A stretch of DNA of 60,224 bases, the filler included, from Actinomycetota bacterium (lineage in GTDB: Bacteria; Actinomycetota; CADDZG01; JAHWKV01; JAOPZY01): the NCBI GenBank assembly GCA_025963875.1. It is 5 parts of 5 records of this genome, joined end to end, with 100 filler letters (N's around TTAATTAATTAA, not from the genome) between each part and the next. Parts side by side here need not be neighbours in the genome. Positions count along the whole stretch, not along the records: positions 37,280 to 48,404 come from JAOPZY010000169.1; positions 48,505 to 54,141 come from JAOPZY010000243.1; 3 more parts are not named here. The stretch is one strand, 5' to 3'. The notes beneath the pieces were generated by a model, which had not been told where the DNA came from, made no database searches, and was given only the letters and a program-made list of their open reading frames with translations. This document shows, piece by piece, positions 41,486 to 51,288 of the stretch; within the stretch, counting starts at the first letter, position 1, and each line of letters begins with the position of its first letter. Both the position numbers and the translations under genes were made by a program.

Positions 41486-41803
41486 TTGACACCGGCTCAG
41501 ATAGAACGAAGGCAGGAGCCCGGGAGCGCTCCGGCAGTGCTTGCAGTACACCCGGCGGATCCAGTTCCTCTACGCCGGTCTTCCTCATCCTCGGGTCCGA
41601 ATGCGGCGGGTGTCCAACTATCTCGACTGGGCCCCGCACCGTTGGCCCCTGTGCGGTAGTGGGCGGCACGCGCCCCCCCCGTGCCCTCTTTGGCTAGCCA
41701 CCCTGGTCGACGGTGTACTTAGCGCGTGGGGGGGTGGACTCCTCCTGAGAACCAACGCCGGGCGCTCTCCGGGCCTTTCTGCTGCAAGGCCCAAACTGCG
41801 GGC

Positions 41804-42090
41804 AAAAAGCAGGCGCTGAGTTAGCGCTGTGCGATTTTCCTCGCTCAGAATGGGTGTGATCCCCGTATCCTTGCGGGTTGTCTGGTACATGGTTATACTC
41901 ATCAACGCATGGGGCCGTAGCTCAGTGGGTAGAGCGCCTGCTTTGCAAGTAGATAAGCCCAAGCGCTGTGCGTGAGTGTGTTTCCGCAGGTGGGGCCATG
42001 AGCGCTGAGGCCAGAATTATCCGCTCTTCGGAGGCATCCCAGAATCGCCGGAGAGCCGCGATCCGAAGGTGGGCGGTATGAAACACACCT
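41804..42090 (+). repeat. att-like repeat copy 2: promoter, 5' half of tRNA-Ala(UGC) (41911-41949), right arm
   Basis: TTGCGG-N17-TATACT; GGGGCCGTAGCTCAGTGGGTAGAGCGCCTGCTTTGCAAG then non-tRNA sequence. Confidence 0.92.
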
Positions 42091-42168
42091 CGCAGACCAG
42101 GTGACGGGTGTCTCTGGCGGGTCCTGACCGTCGCGATGGGCAGGTGGAGTGGAGGCGGCGGCCTCGGC

Positions 42169-42531
42169 TCAACGTTGCAGGAATACGACGGCGTCGGTCA
42201 AGGGCCTGTCCTCGTCCAGGAACTTGTCGAGGGCGCTGACAAGCGCCCCGATGAAGGCTCGATCCTGGGGGAACGCTTTGGTTGAGACGAGCACGAGGCC
42301 GGCGTGGATCCTGCCTGACGCCTTGTAGCGGTGATCCAGGGGCGTGAAGTCTTTGATGTTGGCCGTTACAAAGGCCCGGCCCTGCGCGGCTGCAGCGGCA
42401 AGGATCTCCTCGTCAGGCAGGGCCATCAGCGAGGGATCTTCGACCACCGCCATGACATCGTGGCCTCGGGACCGGAGTTGCTGGGCGATGGTGTGGCTCA
42501 GCATCTCGTCGAGCAGAAGCGTGCACGTCAC
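42169..42531 (-). CDS. DUF5615/PIN-like toxin (VapC45-type)
   Basis: LLLDEML...LRSRGHDV...DEEIL...FVTANIKDF...HAGLV. Confidence 0.88.
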   Translation of the reverse strand: MTCTLLLDEMLSHTIAQQLRSRGHDVMAVVEDPSLMALPDEEILAAAAAQGRAFVTANIKDFTPLDHRYKASGRIHAGLVLVSTKAFPQDRAFIGALVSALDKFLDEDRPLTDAVVFLQR

Positions 42532-42534
42532 CGG

Positions 42535-42981
42535 CTATCGCGAGAGAAGGTCGCGCTCATGTCGCCATGCCAGCTCGGCAGCAGTCTCGGCGTCATCAGC
42601 GAGCGCGATCTCGGCGTCGATCTCTGAGGGATGGCTCGCCCAGTAGCTCAATGCGGTCCGTACCATGCGCGCGGGCACCCCACTGTTCTCCACGACCAGG
42701 GCAACCACTTCGGCTTCGCTCAGTTCCAGTTCGGCGACGCGGGCTGACTTGATTGCTCGCATCACCTCCCATACGTCGGGGCCACCGGCGAGAGCGGCCC
42801 GGCGCCCCGTCGGACCGTCCCGGAACACGACGCCAGGATGCTCGGTCGTACGCAGTCCCTCGTCCACCAGCAGGTTGGCTGCCGCCGACAGAGAGAGGCC
42901 CGGGTGAGATGCGGCAAACGAACTGAGGCGGCGAGCCACCTCGGGGTCGAACCTCACGGGTATTGGTGATCTCCGAGCCAT
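42535..42981 (-). CDS. Cognate antitoxin (RHH-like + DUF433-like HTH)
   Basis: LVDEGLR..EHPGVVFRDGPTGRRAAL.GGPDVWEV; immediately upstream of the PIN gene. Confidence 0.85.
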   Translation of the reverse strand: MARRSPIPVRFDPEVARRLSSFAASHPGLSLSAAANLLVDEGLRTTEHPGVVFRDGPTGRRAALAGGPDVWEVMRAIKSARVAELELSEAEVVALVVENSGVPARMVRTALSYWASHPSEIDAEIALADDAETAAELAWRHERDLLSR

Positions 42982-42983
42982 CA

Positions 42984-42996
42984 ACTACAGTGTAGT
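42984..42996. promoter_or_regulatory. TA operator palindrome overlapping the -10 of a leaderless antitoxin gene
   Basis: ACTACA-G-TGTAGT; TACACT on the minus strand just before the ATG. Confidence 0.6.
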
Positions 42997-43281
42997 CGAT
43001 GGTGCTTGCAGTGTCTACAGCGAACGGGCACTCGTCGTCGCGATCGCGGGGGTGGCCAAAGGGTTGAATCGTTGGCCAATCCCGTGAGCACCTCCGCCCA
43101 GTGCGCCAGGGGCTCGAGGGTGCGGAGTAGACCTGAGGAGAGGCGCAGCTCGCCGATTGACGGACCGGGGGCACCCTCGGGCCGTCGGGAGGATGACTGG
43201 TGGCACGGGCTGGCGAAGAGAGCATCGGAGTTCTGCTGGTGTTCCGCGTGCACCGGAACACAGGCCGATATGGAACACCTC

Positions 43282-43568
43282 AAAAAAGCAGACGCTCTTC
43301 AAGCGCTGTGCGATTTATAGGCTCAGAATGGGCCTCACGCACATGTTCTTGCGAGTTTAGTGGGCCACAACTATACTCATCAACGCACGGGGCCGTAGCT
43401 CAGTTGGTAGAGCGCCTGCTTTGCAAGTAGATAAGCCCAAACGGCTGTGCGTTTATGCGTTTTCGCAGATGGGCCGTGAGCGCTGAGGCCAGAATTATCC
43501 GCTCTTCGCCGAGAGCCCAGGATCGCCTCAGAGCTCCGAACAGGTATCCCGGAGGGTGAAACCCTCCC
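43282..43568 (+). repeat. att-like repeat copy 3: promoter, 5' half of tRNA-Ala(UGC) (43389-43427), right arm
   Basis: TTGCGA-N17-TATACT; GGGGCCGTAGCTCAGTTGGTAGAGCGCCTGCTTTGCAAG then non-tRNA sequence. Confidence 0.92.
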
Positions 43569-43605
43569 TAGGCAGCCAACTGGCTCTCACGCGTTGACGT
43601 GCCGC

Positions 43606-43710
43606 TTAGCCTCTTCGCGCCCGGTCTAGGTCGGCGAGTTTGGCGCGCCGGCCGGCGTCGACGTCGGCCTGGCGGACCTACTCCCGAACCGCTGTCTCAG
43701 CCAGGTCCAT
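43606..43710 (-). mobile_element. IS3-family OrfA remnant
   Basis: DLAETAVRE*VRQADVDAGRR (Trp codon changed to TAG). Confidence 0.6.
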
Positions 43711-44374
43711 CTCTGAGGCGGAGTTGAGCTTCTGCGTGGATGCTCTCAACTTGGCTGTGTATCCCCGGGCTCTGAGGAGGAGCAGGCTTTTGGACTAAGG
43801 GCGCACGCATCAATAATGCCCTCGATATGGGACTCGCTGATATAGGTCGGGTGATGCGGGCATTCGTGGTGACCGATGAAGGTTTGACCACCTTGCTCAC
43901 CACGGTGATGCCGCATCTGAAACTAAAGTGCATCGGCAGGTCCGGCTCCGGATCGACCCGCTTGGAGCAGCGCATCATCTCACGCATGTCCATGGCGGCA
44001 CCTTTTTTGCCGCAAGTGCCCGTCTCGAGTTGCCATGGCTGTGACGATTGTAGGGCACTGGTCGGGACTCGCTCTTTCGGGCAGAGCATTGTGCACAATC
44101 GCCTCTCGCCGGGCTGCCCCACCCGTACTAGGTTGTCCAAGTGAATGTCAACCGCTCTGCCTGGCCCCGAAGGCTGAGCATGGCGAGACTTTCGGCGGTC
44201 GGCCCACTCTTCGTGCGATAGAGCGGAACCTGGCCGGCAATGTCGCTCGCGGCCGGGAGATCCAAAGTCTGCTCGGCCTTCAGTGACTCGCAGGCAACCA
44301 GGCTGTCTCACTAGTGTCAAGGGCGGATTTTGCGTAGGTCGAGTTTGAGCAGTGCGCTACGAAAGGACTGACCG

Positions 44375-47300
44375 ATGGCAATCCCCACAATTCCCAGTCT
44401 CGGACCGGCAACTCAGTCTGTGAGCACCCGTAGCACTCGGCCCTCCCCCACGAAGGCGCTCGAAGGTGCGATCCGCGCCGAGATCGGTCGGGGCATCCCG
44501 CTTTCGGACCGCCTGAGGGATGCGCTGGAACGGGCGTACGGCGCTCACCTCGACGGAGTACGGCTCCACGACGACGAGACGGCCGACCACCTCGCCGCGT
44601 CGATTCGCGCCGACGCCTTCACGGCCGGTGCCGACGTGTTCTTCCGGGCCGGATCCCTCCGCCCCGACTCGGATGCCGGGCTCGAGCTGCTCGCCCACGA
44701 GGTCGCCCACGCGGTCCAGCAGTCCGGAAGCCGTCTGCTGTCCAGTCCAGAAGTGGCCGAGTGGGAAGCCGCAGCCTTCGCCGGGGCCTTCGCCCGCGAC
44801 TGCCTGCCGGACCGCTCCCGCCGGCGCCGGGTCCGGGCACTCAGCGAGGGTGACGCCCTCGTCCTACAGTGCCATTCCTCGTGGGAGCATCGCATGCTGG
44901 GCGACCTGCGCACGGTGGACTTCGCGGCGATCGCCGCCGGTGGCGCCAACCGAAAGAACTTCCTGGAGCGCGTACAACAGTACCTTCGCATGTGGGAGAC
45001 AAACCCGAAGGCGGTCAACGCCGAGCGGATCAGGAAGGAGTTCGACAACATCCGGCCGCTCACCCTCGGGGGCAGCGGGTTGGTTGTCACCTACGGCGAG
45101 CTGAACACCCTGGCCGACTACCTTGCCTCGCCGGCCGAGCTCGACGCTCTGCCTGGGGGCTACCTTCTGCCGATCCTCCAGCAGGTGCGCCAGGAGGGGT
45201 ACGCCTGGGTCTCGTGGGTGATCGAGGACCGCTGGCTCGACAAGCAGGTCTACTTCGGCGGATTCGAAGACTCGGTGGCCGACACCTTCGGATGGGACAC
45301 CGCCGACTCAATTTGGGAGACGCGCAAGATGGACGCCTTCACCGAGGCCTTCGGGCCCCGGGGGATTGACCACTACACCGGCCTGCTCGCCCGCAACGCT
45401 TGTCACTTTGCGCCCCACTCCTGGTACCGCTGGGAGCAGTTCTACCTTCAGGCTCGAGCCTTCGCCGAAGAGGCCTACCACGCCAAGGGCGACCGTAGGG
45501 CCCGCCTGACAAACCTGGCCTGGATCCACCAGGGCTACGCCGACCACTTCCTGCAAGACTCCTTCGCGGCCGGCCACCTGGTCAACAAGACGCTGGTGAT
45601 GCAGTGGTACCTCGACTGGGTGGCCCCGACGTGGACTGCGGTGCCTGATTGGGACCTGGTCCAGTTCATGAACCTGGCACGTCAGCCGGACCTGGCCGGG
45701 CGCTCGCTCTACTCGGCGTTCACGAACCCGGCCGCCCGAGGAGACGTGCGGGATCCGCAAACCGCCAGCGAGCACTGGTCGCCGAAGAGGCGAATGCAAG
45801 TCTCAGGTGTGCGGGCCGACGGGAGCACCCAGGAAGCCTCGTACAAGCGGTGGCTGGCGTTCCTTGGCAACGGGGTGGTGCAGTTGGCCAGCAACTCCGT
45901 TCACAACCACTTCAACGATTCGTCGCTTCTGGTGTCGTCGGAAGCACACCCTCAGGCCTTCCAGATCTACGGTGACAACACGATGATCCGCGGGGGCAAC
46001 GGGTACCAGATCGCCAACGAGACGGCGCAGCTGTCGCAGAAATCCATCACTGATCTGCTCGACAAAGGCACCACTGAGGTGAATGCGGCGGACATCTTCA
46101 GACACTTCCCCACCAAGGTGCACGATCCGCAGAAGCCGGCCACGTCTCAGTCGCTTGAGGCCTGGGCCTACGGCTTCAAGGACCAGGCTGTACCCCTCTT
46201 CGACGGCGTCAAGAACCGCGCGGTCGGCGCGTTCCGCTCACGCATCGCGCCGGTGAACATCGACAATACGGGCGGCTGGCGCTGGTCCGGGATTCCCGGC
46301 AAGGCCACCGACATCGCGGTGGGCGGCGACAGGTTGGTGTGGTCGATCGGTGAGCTGGGCTCGGACGGCAACGGACCGGTCCAGCGCTGGAATCCGGCGA
46401 GCACGGCGTCGTGGGACAAGCAGGATGGCGCTGGCGTGCGCATCGCCGCTGACGGCGCGGGAGTCTTGTGGGTCGTGAACGCCGCCGGCTATTCCTACCG
46501 CAAGCCCCGCGGCGCCAAGAACTGGGAGCGCGGCCAACTCCCGAAGGTACGAGGCGTCGACGGTCTGGTCGACATCGCCGCTGGAACGGACGGGTCGGTG
46601 TGGGGCCTGGCCAAGGCCACGGTCCCGGGGGGCCACCAGTTGATGCGCTGCGTACCTGGCAACGGGACGCACACCTGGGAACCGGTGAGCGGCGCGGCGA
46701 CGGCCGTCTCGGTCGGCCCCGACGGGCTGCCGTGGGTGGTGAACGACGGGGGGGTTGTGATGAACCTGACGCCGGGCAAGGGGCCGGACCGCTTCAACGG
46801 GCCCGGGGCGGTGTGGACCGATGTCTCGCCGAACCTGCCTGGCAATGGCAAGTCCACCGACGTCGGCGTCGGCGTCGGGGCCCTGCTGCACGCCTGGGTC
46901 ACCACGGACTCGGCCATGTACGCCTGGAACGGCCGGCGCCCCAACAACCCTGCGCAGGGCACCCGCCTCCTGCTCGACTGGGAGGCTATGGGTGGAGCCG
47001 CGGTCCGCATCGCCACCGGGTACGACGGCTTGCCCTGGGTAGTGAATGCGAAGAACGACATCTATCGCCTGGTCGCCGGTGGGGAGGCCACGGCCGCGTT
47101 CACCACCTCCGACGCTGGCAAAGTGACCGGCCGGGCGGTCGCGGCTGCCGGCTCGCTGTTCCAGGGCGAGACGGTGTCGATCAACGGCTCAACGGACCTG
47201 AGCAAAGTGATCGTGGGCAACAGTGGCGCCCGCGTAAACTGGATCAAGCTCGATCGCTCGATGATCCCAGGTGTGTTCTACACGCTGTCGATCCACGGGC

Positions 47301-47479
47301 GGGGCCCGTCGGGGGTCGGCTCGGGGTCGATGTACATCTACATCGAGGACGAGGGCGGCTTCACCGAATACAAGTGGTTCTGGTCCAGCCAGGAGCACAC
47401 CCTCACCATCGACTACAACGGCACCAAGGCCGGCATCAAGCGCATCAGCTGGTCGGACAGCGGCACCGACCCTCACTAG
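44375..47479 (+). CDS. DUF4157 (eCIS core) protein with Zn-phospholipase C/HET-C-like domain, tectonin-like propeller and C-terminal beta domain
   Basis: VRLHDD...ADAFTAGADVFF...LLAHEVAHAVQQ; NACHF and YADHFLQDSFAAGH; repeated (I/V)(A/S)VG.DG.PWVVN. Confidence 0.85.
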   Translation: MAIPTIPSLGPATQSVSTRSTRPSPTKALEGAIRAEIGRGIPLSDRLRDALERAYGAHLDGVRLHDDETADHLAASIRADAFTAGADVFFRAGSLRPDSDAGLELLAHEVAHAVQQSGSRLLSSPEVAEWEAAAFAGAFARDCLPDRSRRRRVRALSEGDALVLQCHSSWEHRMLGDLRTVDFAAIAAGGANRKNFLERVQQYLRMWETNPKAVNAERIRKEFDNIRPLTLGGSGLVVTYGELNTLADYLASPAELDALPGGYLLPILQQVRQEGYAWVSWVIEDRWLDKQVYFGGFEDSVADTFGWDTADSIWETRKMDAFTEAFGPRGIDHYTGLLARNACHFAPHSWYRWEQFYLQARAFAEEAYHAKGDRRARLTNLAWIHQGYADHFLQDSFAAGHLVNKTLVMQWYLDWVAPTWTAVPDWDLVQFMNLARQPDLAGRSLYSAFTNPAARGDVRDPQTASEHWSPKRRMQVSGVRADGSTQEASYKRWLAFLGNGVVQLASNSVHNHFNDSSLLVSSEAHPQAFQIYGDNTMIRGGNGYQIANETAQLSQKSITDLLDKGTTEVNAADIFRHFPTKVHDPQKPATSQSLEAWAYGFKDQAVPLFDGVKNRAVGAFRSRIAPVNIDNTGGWRWSGIPGKATDIAVGGDRLVWSIGELGSDGNGPVQRWNPASTASWDKQDGAGVRIAADGAGVLWVVNAAGYSYRKPRGAKNWERGQLPKVRGVDGLVDIAAGTDGSVWGLAKATVPGGHQLMRCVPGNGTHTWEPVSGAATAVSVGPDGLPWVVNDGGVVMNLTPGKGPDRFNGPGAVWTDVSPNLPGNGKSTDVGVGVGALLHAWVTTDSAMYAWNGRRPNNPAQGTRLLLDWEAMGGAAVRIATGYDGLPWVVNAKNDIYRLVAGGEATAAFTTSDAGKVTGRAVAAAGSLFQGETVSINGSTDLSKVIVGNSGARVNWIKLDRSMIPGVFYTLSIHGRGPSGVGSGSMYIYIEDEGGFTEYKWFWSSQEHTLTIDYNGTKAGIKRISWSDSGTDPH

Positions 47480-47758
47480 ACGCTTGCGGTTTCTGTATCG
47501 ACAAAAAGTTGTTCATGCGGCCATGGGGGTGTTGGCGGTAAGCCCGAGATCGCCGAAGAGGGTCTGCATGCCGACGCGGAGCGCCTCGTAGTCCCGGTCG
47601 ACACGGGTCCACGCTTTGGGGGGTCGGCCCTGGTGGGGAACCCTCACGCCGGCGACGAGGGGGCCGATGACCTGGTCGCGCAGGACGCAGAGTGCGGTGA
47701 TCGTGCGGGCTGCCTCCGCAGGAACCAGGTAGCGCCGGGACCTGCCCGGCTTCTCGAC
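47476..47758 (-). mobile_element. Second, longer 3' end remnant of the same putative IS-like element
   Basis: VEKPGRSRRYLVP...LRDQVIGPL...WTRVDRDYEALRVGMQTLFGDLG...MAA* plus tail ACAACTTTTTGTCGAT...CGCAAGCGTCTAG. Confidence 0.72.
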
Positions 47759-47759
47759 G

Positions 47760-47890
47760 AGGCTCGCTTCCACTCCGCGCCGTGGCCCGCTCGCCAGCCG
47801 GCCAGCACGTGGCCGAGTTCGTGCAGCGTGGTCCCCGCCACCTGGACCAACGATTCCTCCCCTGCCGCGGCGATCTCCACCACCTCGACG
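47760..47890 (-). pseudogene. SprT-like zinc metallopeptidase fragment
   Basis: TTLHELGHVLAG..GHGAEWKRA fused to the IS remnant. Confidence 0.45.
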
Positions 47891-47935
47891 GGGCGAGACC
47901 CCCGGGGCCGCTGTTGCTCAGCCGGTCGGTAGCGG

Positions 47936-48404
47936 CTAAGGCCGGGGTGATGACGCGCCGACCCCCTCGGGCTGCTCAGGCTGGGCCGGGGCCACGATTC
48001 TGCGCACCAGTCCTGCGTCAAGGTCGTAGACGTAGCCAGCGACGGTGATGCGAGGAGACACTTTCGGTGAGGCCAGCAAGCGGGCTACGTCAGCACGAAC
48101 AGTGGCCTCGGGATCGGTTACCGCCTGGGCGGCGAGCCCCTCCTCGTTGGCACCGACTTGGGCGGCATAGGCGGAGCGGAAGCCCGGGTCGGCCAGGAAG
48201 CCCGTGCCGCAGCCGGTGTGGTGGATGACCGCCACTTCGAACAGCGGGCCCTCGGGTAGCATCGTTGCAGCCAGGAAGCCAATGAAGGCGACGTCATCGA
48301 CGACCGCCTCGGTCACTCGGCCGCCGGCGTTGCGGACCACCGCCGCGTCACCGAGCCCGATGCCGAGGAACGCTGCAGGGTCAATCCGAGGATCGAGGCA
48401 GGTG
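47936..48404 (-). CDS. Beta-class carbonic anhydrase (5' end at contig edge)
   Basis: TCLDPR, RNAGGRVT, HHTGCG, GYVYDL. Confidence 0.9.
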
Positions 48405-48504
48405 NNNNNNNNNNNNNNNNNNNNNNNNNNNNNNNNNNNNNNNNNNNNTTAATTAATTAANNNNNNNNNNNNNNNNNNNNNNNNNNNNNNNNNNNNNNNN
48501 NNNN
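48405..48504. other. Artificial contig linker
   Basis: N-TTAATTAATTAA-N. Confidence 0.98.
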
Positions 48505-48563
48505 GGTGATGGTCGTGATGCCGTGACGGACGAGGAGGAGCAGCAAGGGCAAACGGAACCGCG

Positions 48564-50006
<1,443 letters not shown>

Positions 50007-50016
50007 AGTGGGGGGC

Positions 50017-51198
50017 ATGCGCATCGGGTCCGCGTTGTCCACAAACCCGAACTCTCTCGAGGCCGCCGGGGAGGCACTCAGCCGGGCGCTGGCCTCGCTC
50101 GAAGGAGAGGCACCGCAGCTCACGCTGCTGTTCTTCTCGGTCCACCATCTGCCCGTGATCGACAAGATCGCTGAGGTCGCCGCCAAGGCTGCGGCACCGG
50201 GCACGCTGCTGGGCTGCACGGCGCAGGCGGTCGTGGGCGACGGGAGGGAGGTCGAGGAGGGACCGGCATTCAGCGTCTGGACCGCCAACCTCGGTGGGGC
50301 CGTGATCGAGCCGTTCACACTTGCGGTTGCCGACACCGACGACGGGCCGACGGCGCTCGGGCTGCCGGTGATCGACCCCGAGACCAAGGCGGTCATCCTC
50401 CTCGGGGATCCCTACACGTTTCCCGCCGAGGTCCTGGAGCAGCTCTCGGCCGACGGGCCGGCGGTGCCCATCATCGGGGGCATGGCCAGCGGCGGGCGGG
50501 GGCCGGGGCGCCACGCCCTGGTGCTCGACGGCCACGTCAGGTCCTTCGGCGCGGTCGGCGTGACGCTCGGCGGCGACGTGCGGATCGAGACCCTCGTGTC
50601 CCAGGGCTGCCGGCCGATCGGGGCGTCGTACATCGTCACCGCCGCGGAGGGCAACGTCATCCACAGCCTGGCGGGGTCGCCGCCGCTGGAGCGGCTGCGG
50701 GACCTGTTCGCCGGGCTGTCACCGGAGGACCAGGAGCGGGCCAACCGGGGCCTGCACATCGGGGTGGTGATCGACGAGTACGCCACCGAGTTCGGGCCCG
50801 GCGACTTCCTCATCCGCAACGTCATCGGCGCCGACCAGAACACCGGGGCGGTGGCGGTGGGCGACGACGTGCACGTCGGCCAGACGGTCCAGTTCCACAT
50901 CCGGGACGCCTCGGCCGCCGACGAGGACCTGCGGAGCGCCCTCGGCGTGCTGGAGCTCTCCCGGACCGGGGATCCCAACCCCCTTGCCGGAGCCCTGATG
51001 TTCACGTGCAACGGCCGGGGGTCGCACCTGTTCGGCACACCGGACCACGACATCGACACCGTGCGGAGGAGCATCGGCCAGCTGCCGGTGGCGGGGATGT
51101 TCTGCGCCGGCGAGATCGGCCAGGTCGGGGGAAAGAACTTCCTGCACGGCTTCACGGCAAGCCTGGCGCTGTTCATTGCGCCGGCCCCGGCGCCTTAA
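50017..51198 (+). CDS. FIST signal-transduction domain protein
   Basis: IGGMASG, VSQGCRPIG, FLIRNVIG, FTCNGRG, FCAGEIG. Confidence 0.92.
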   Translation: MRIGSALSTNPNSLEAAGEALSRALASLEGEAPQLTLLFFSVHHLPVIDKIAEVAAKAAAPGTLLGCTAQAVVGDGREVEEGPAFSVWTANLGGAVIEPFTLAVADTDDGPTALGLPVIDPETKAVILLGDPYTFPAEVLEQLSADGPAVPIIGGMASGGRGPGRHALVLDGHVRSFGAVGVTLGGDVRIETLVSQGCRPIGASYIVTAAEGNVIHSLAGSPPLERLRDLFAGLSPEDQERANRGLHIGVVIDEYATEFGPGDFLIRNVIGADQNTGAVAVGDDVHVGQTVQFHIRDASAADEDLRSALGVLELSRTGDPNPLAGALMFTCNGRGSHLFGTPDHDIDTVRRSIGQLPVAGMFCAGEIGQVGGKNFLHGFTASLALFIAPAPAP

Positions 51199-51288
51199 CA
51201 CTGTTCTAGATTCTTTGAGCATATTCCGGTGCTCTACAGCACTATTTACTCACAGACTTCCCCAAGTTCGCGCGAGCTAGATCTAGAT

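Noticed and set aside
41500..41640. Possible tyrosine-integrase C-terminal remnant (VEIVGH..HSDPRM, minus strand)
   Set aside because: Too short and degenerate; no catalytic Tyr or HxLR motif identifiable.
41911..41990. Functional tRNA-Ala genes at 39151, 41911 and 43389
   Set aside because: No T-arm (GTTCGA) or 3' acceptor strand follows the anticodon, so none is a complete tRNA.
41947..42170. Group I intron interrupting tRNA-Ala
   Set aside because: No 3' exon downstream of any copy and no recognisable group I core.
39046..43568. CRISPR array
   Set aside because: Repeats are ~285 bp with kb-scale gene-containing spacers; no cas genes.
43697..44320. 207-aa minus-strand ORF after repeat copy 3
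   Set aside because: No recognisable motifs and non-coding-like composition; probably eroded DNA.
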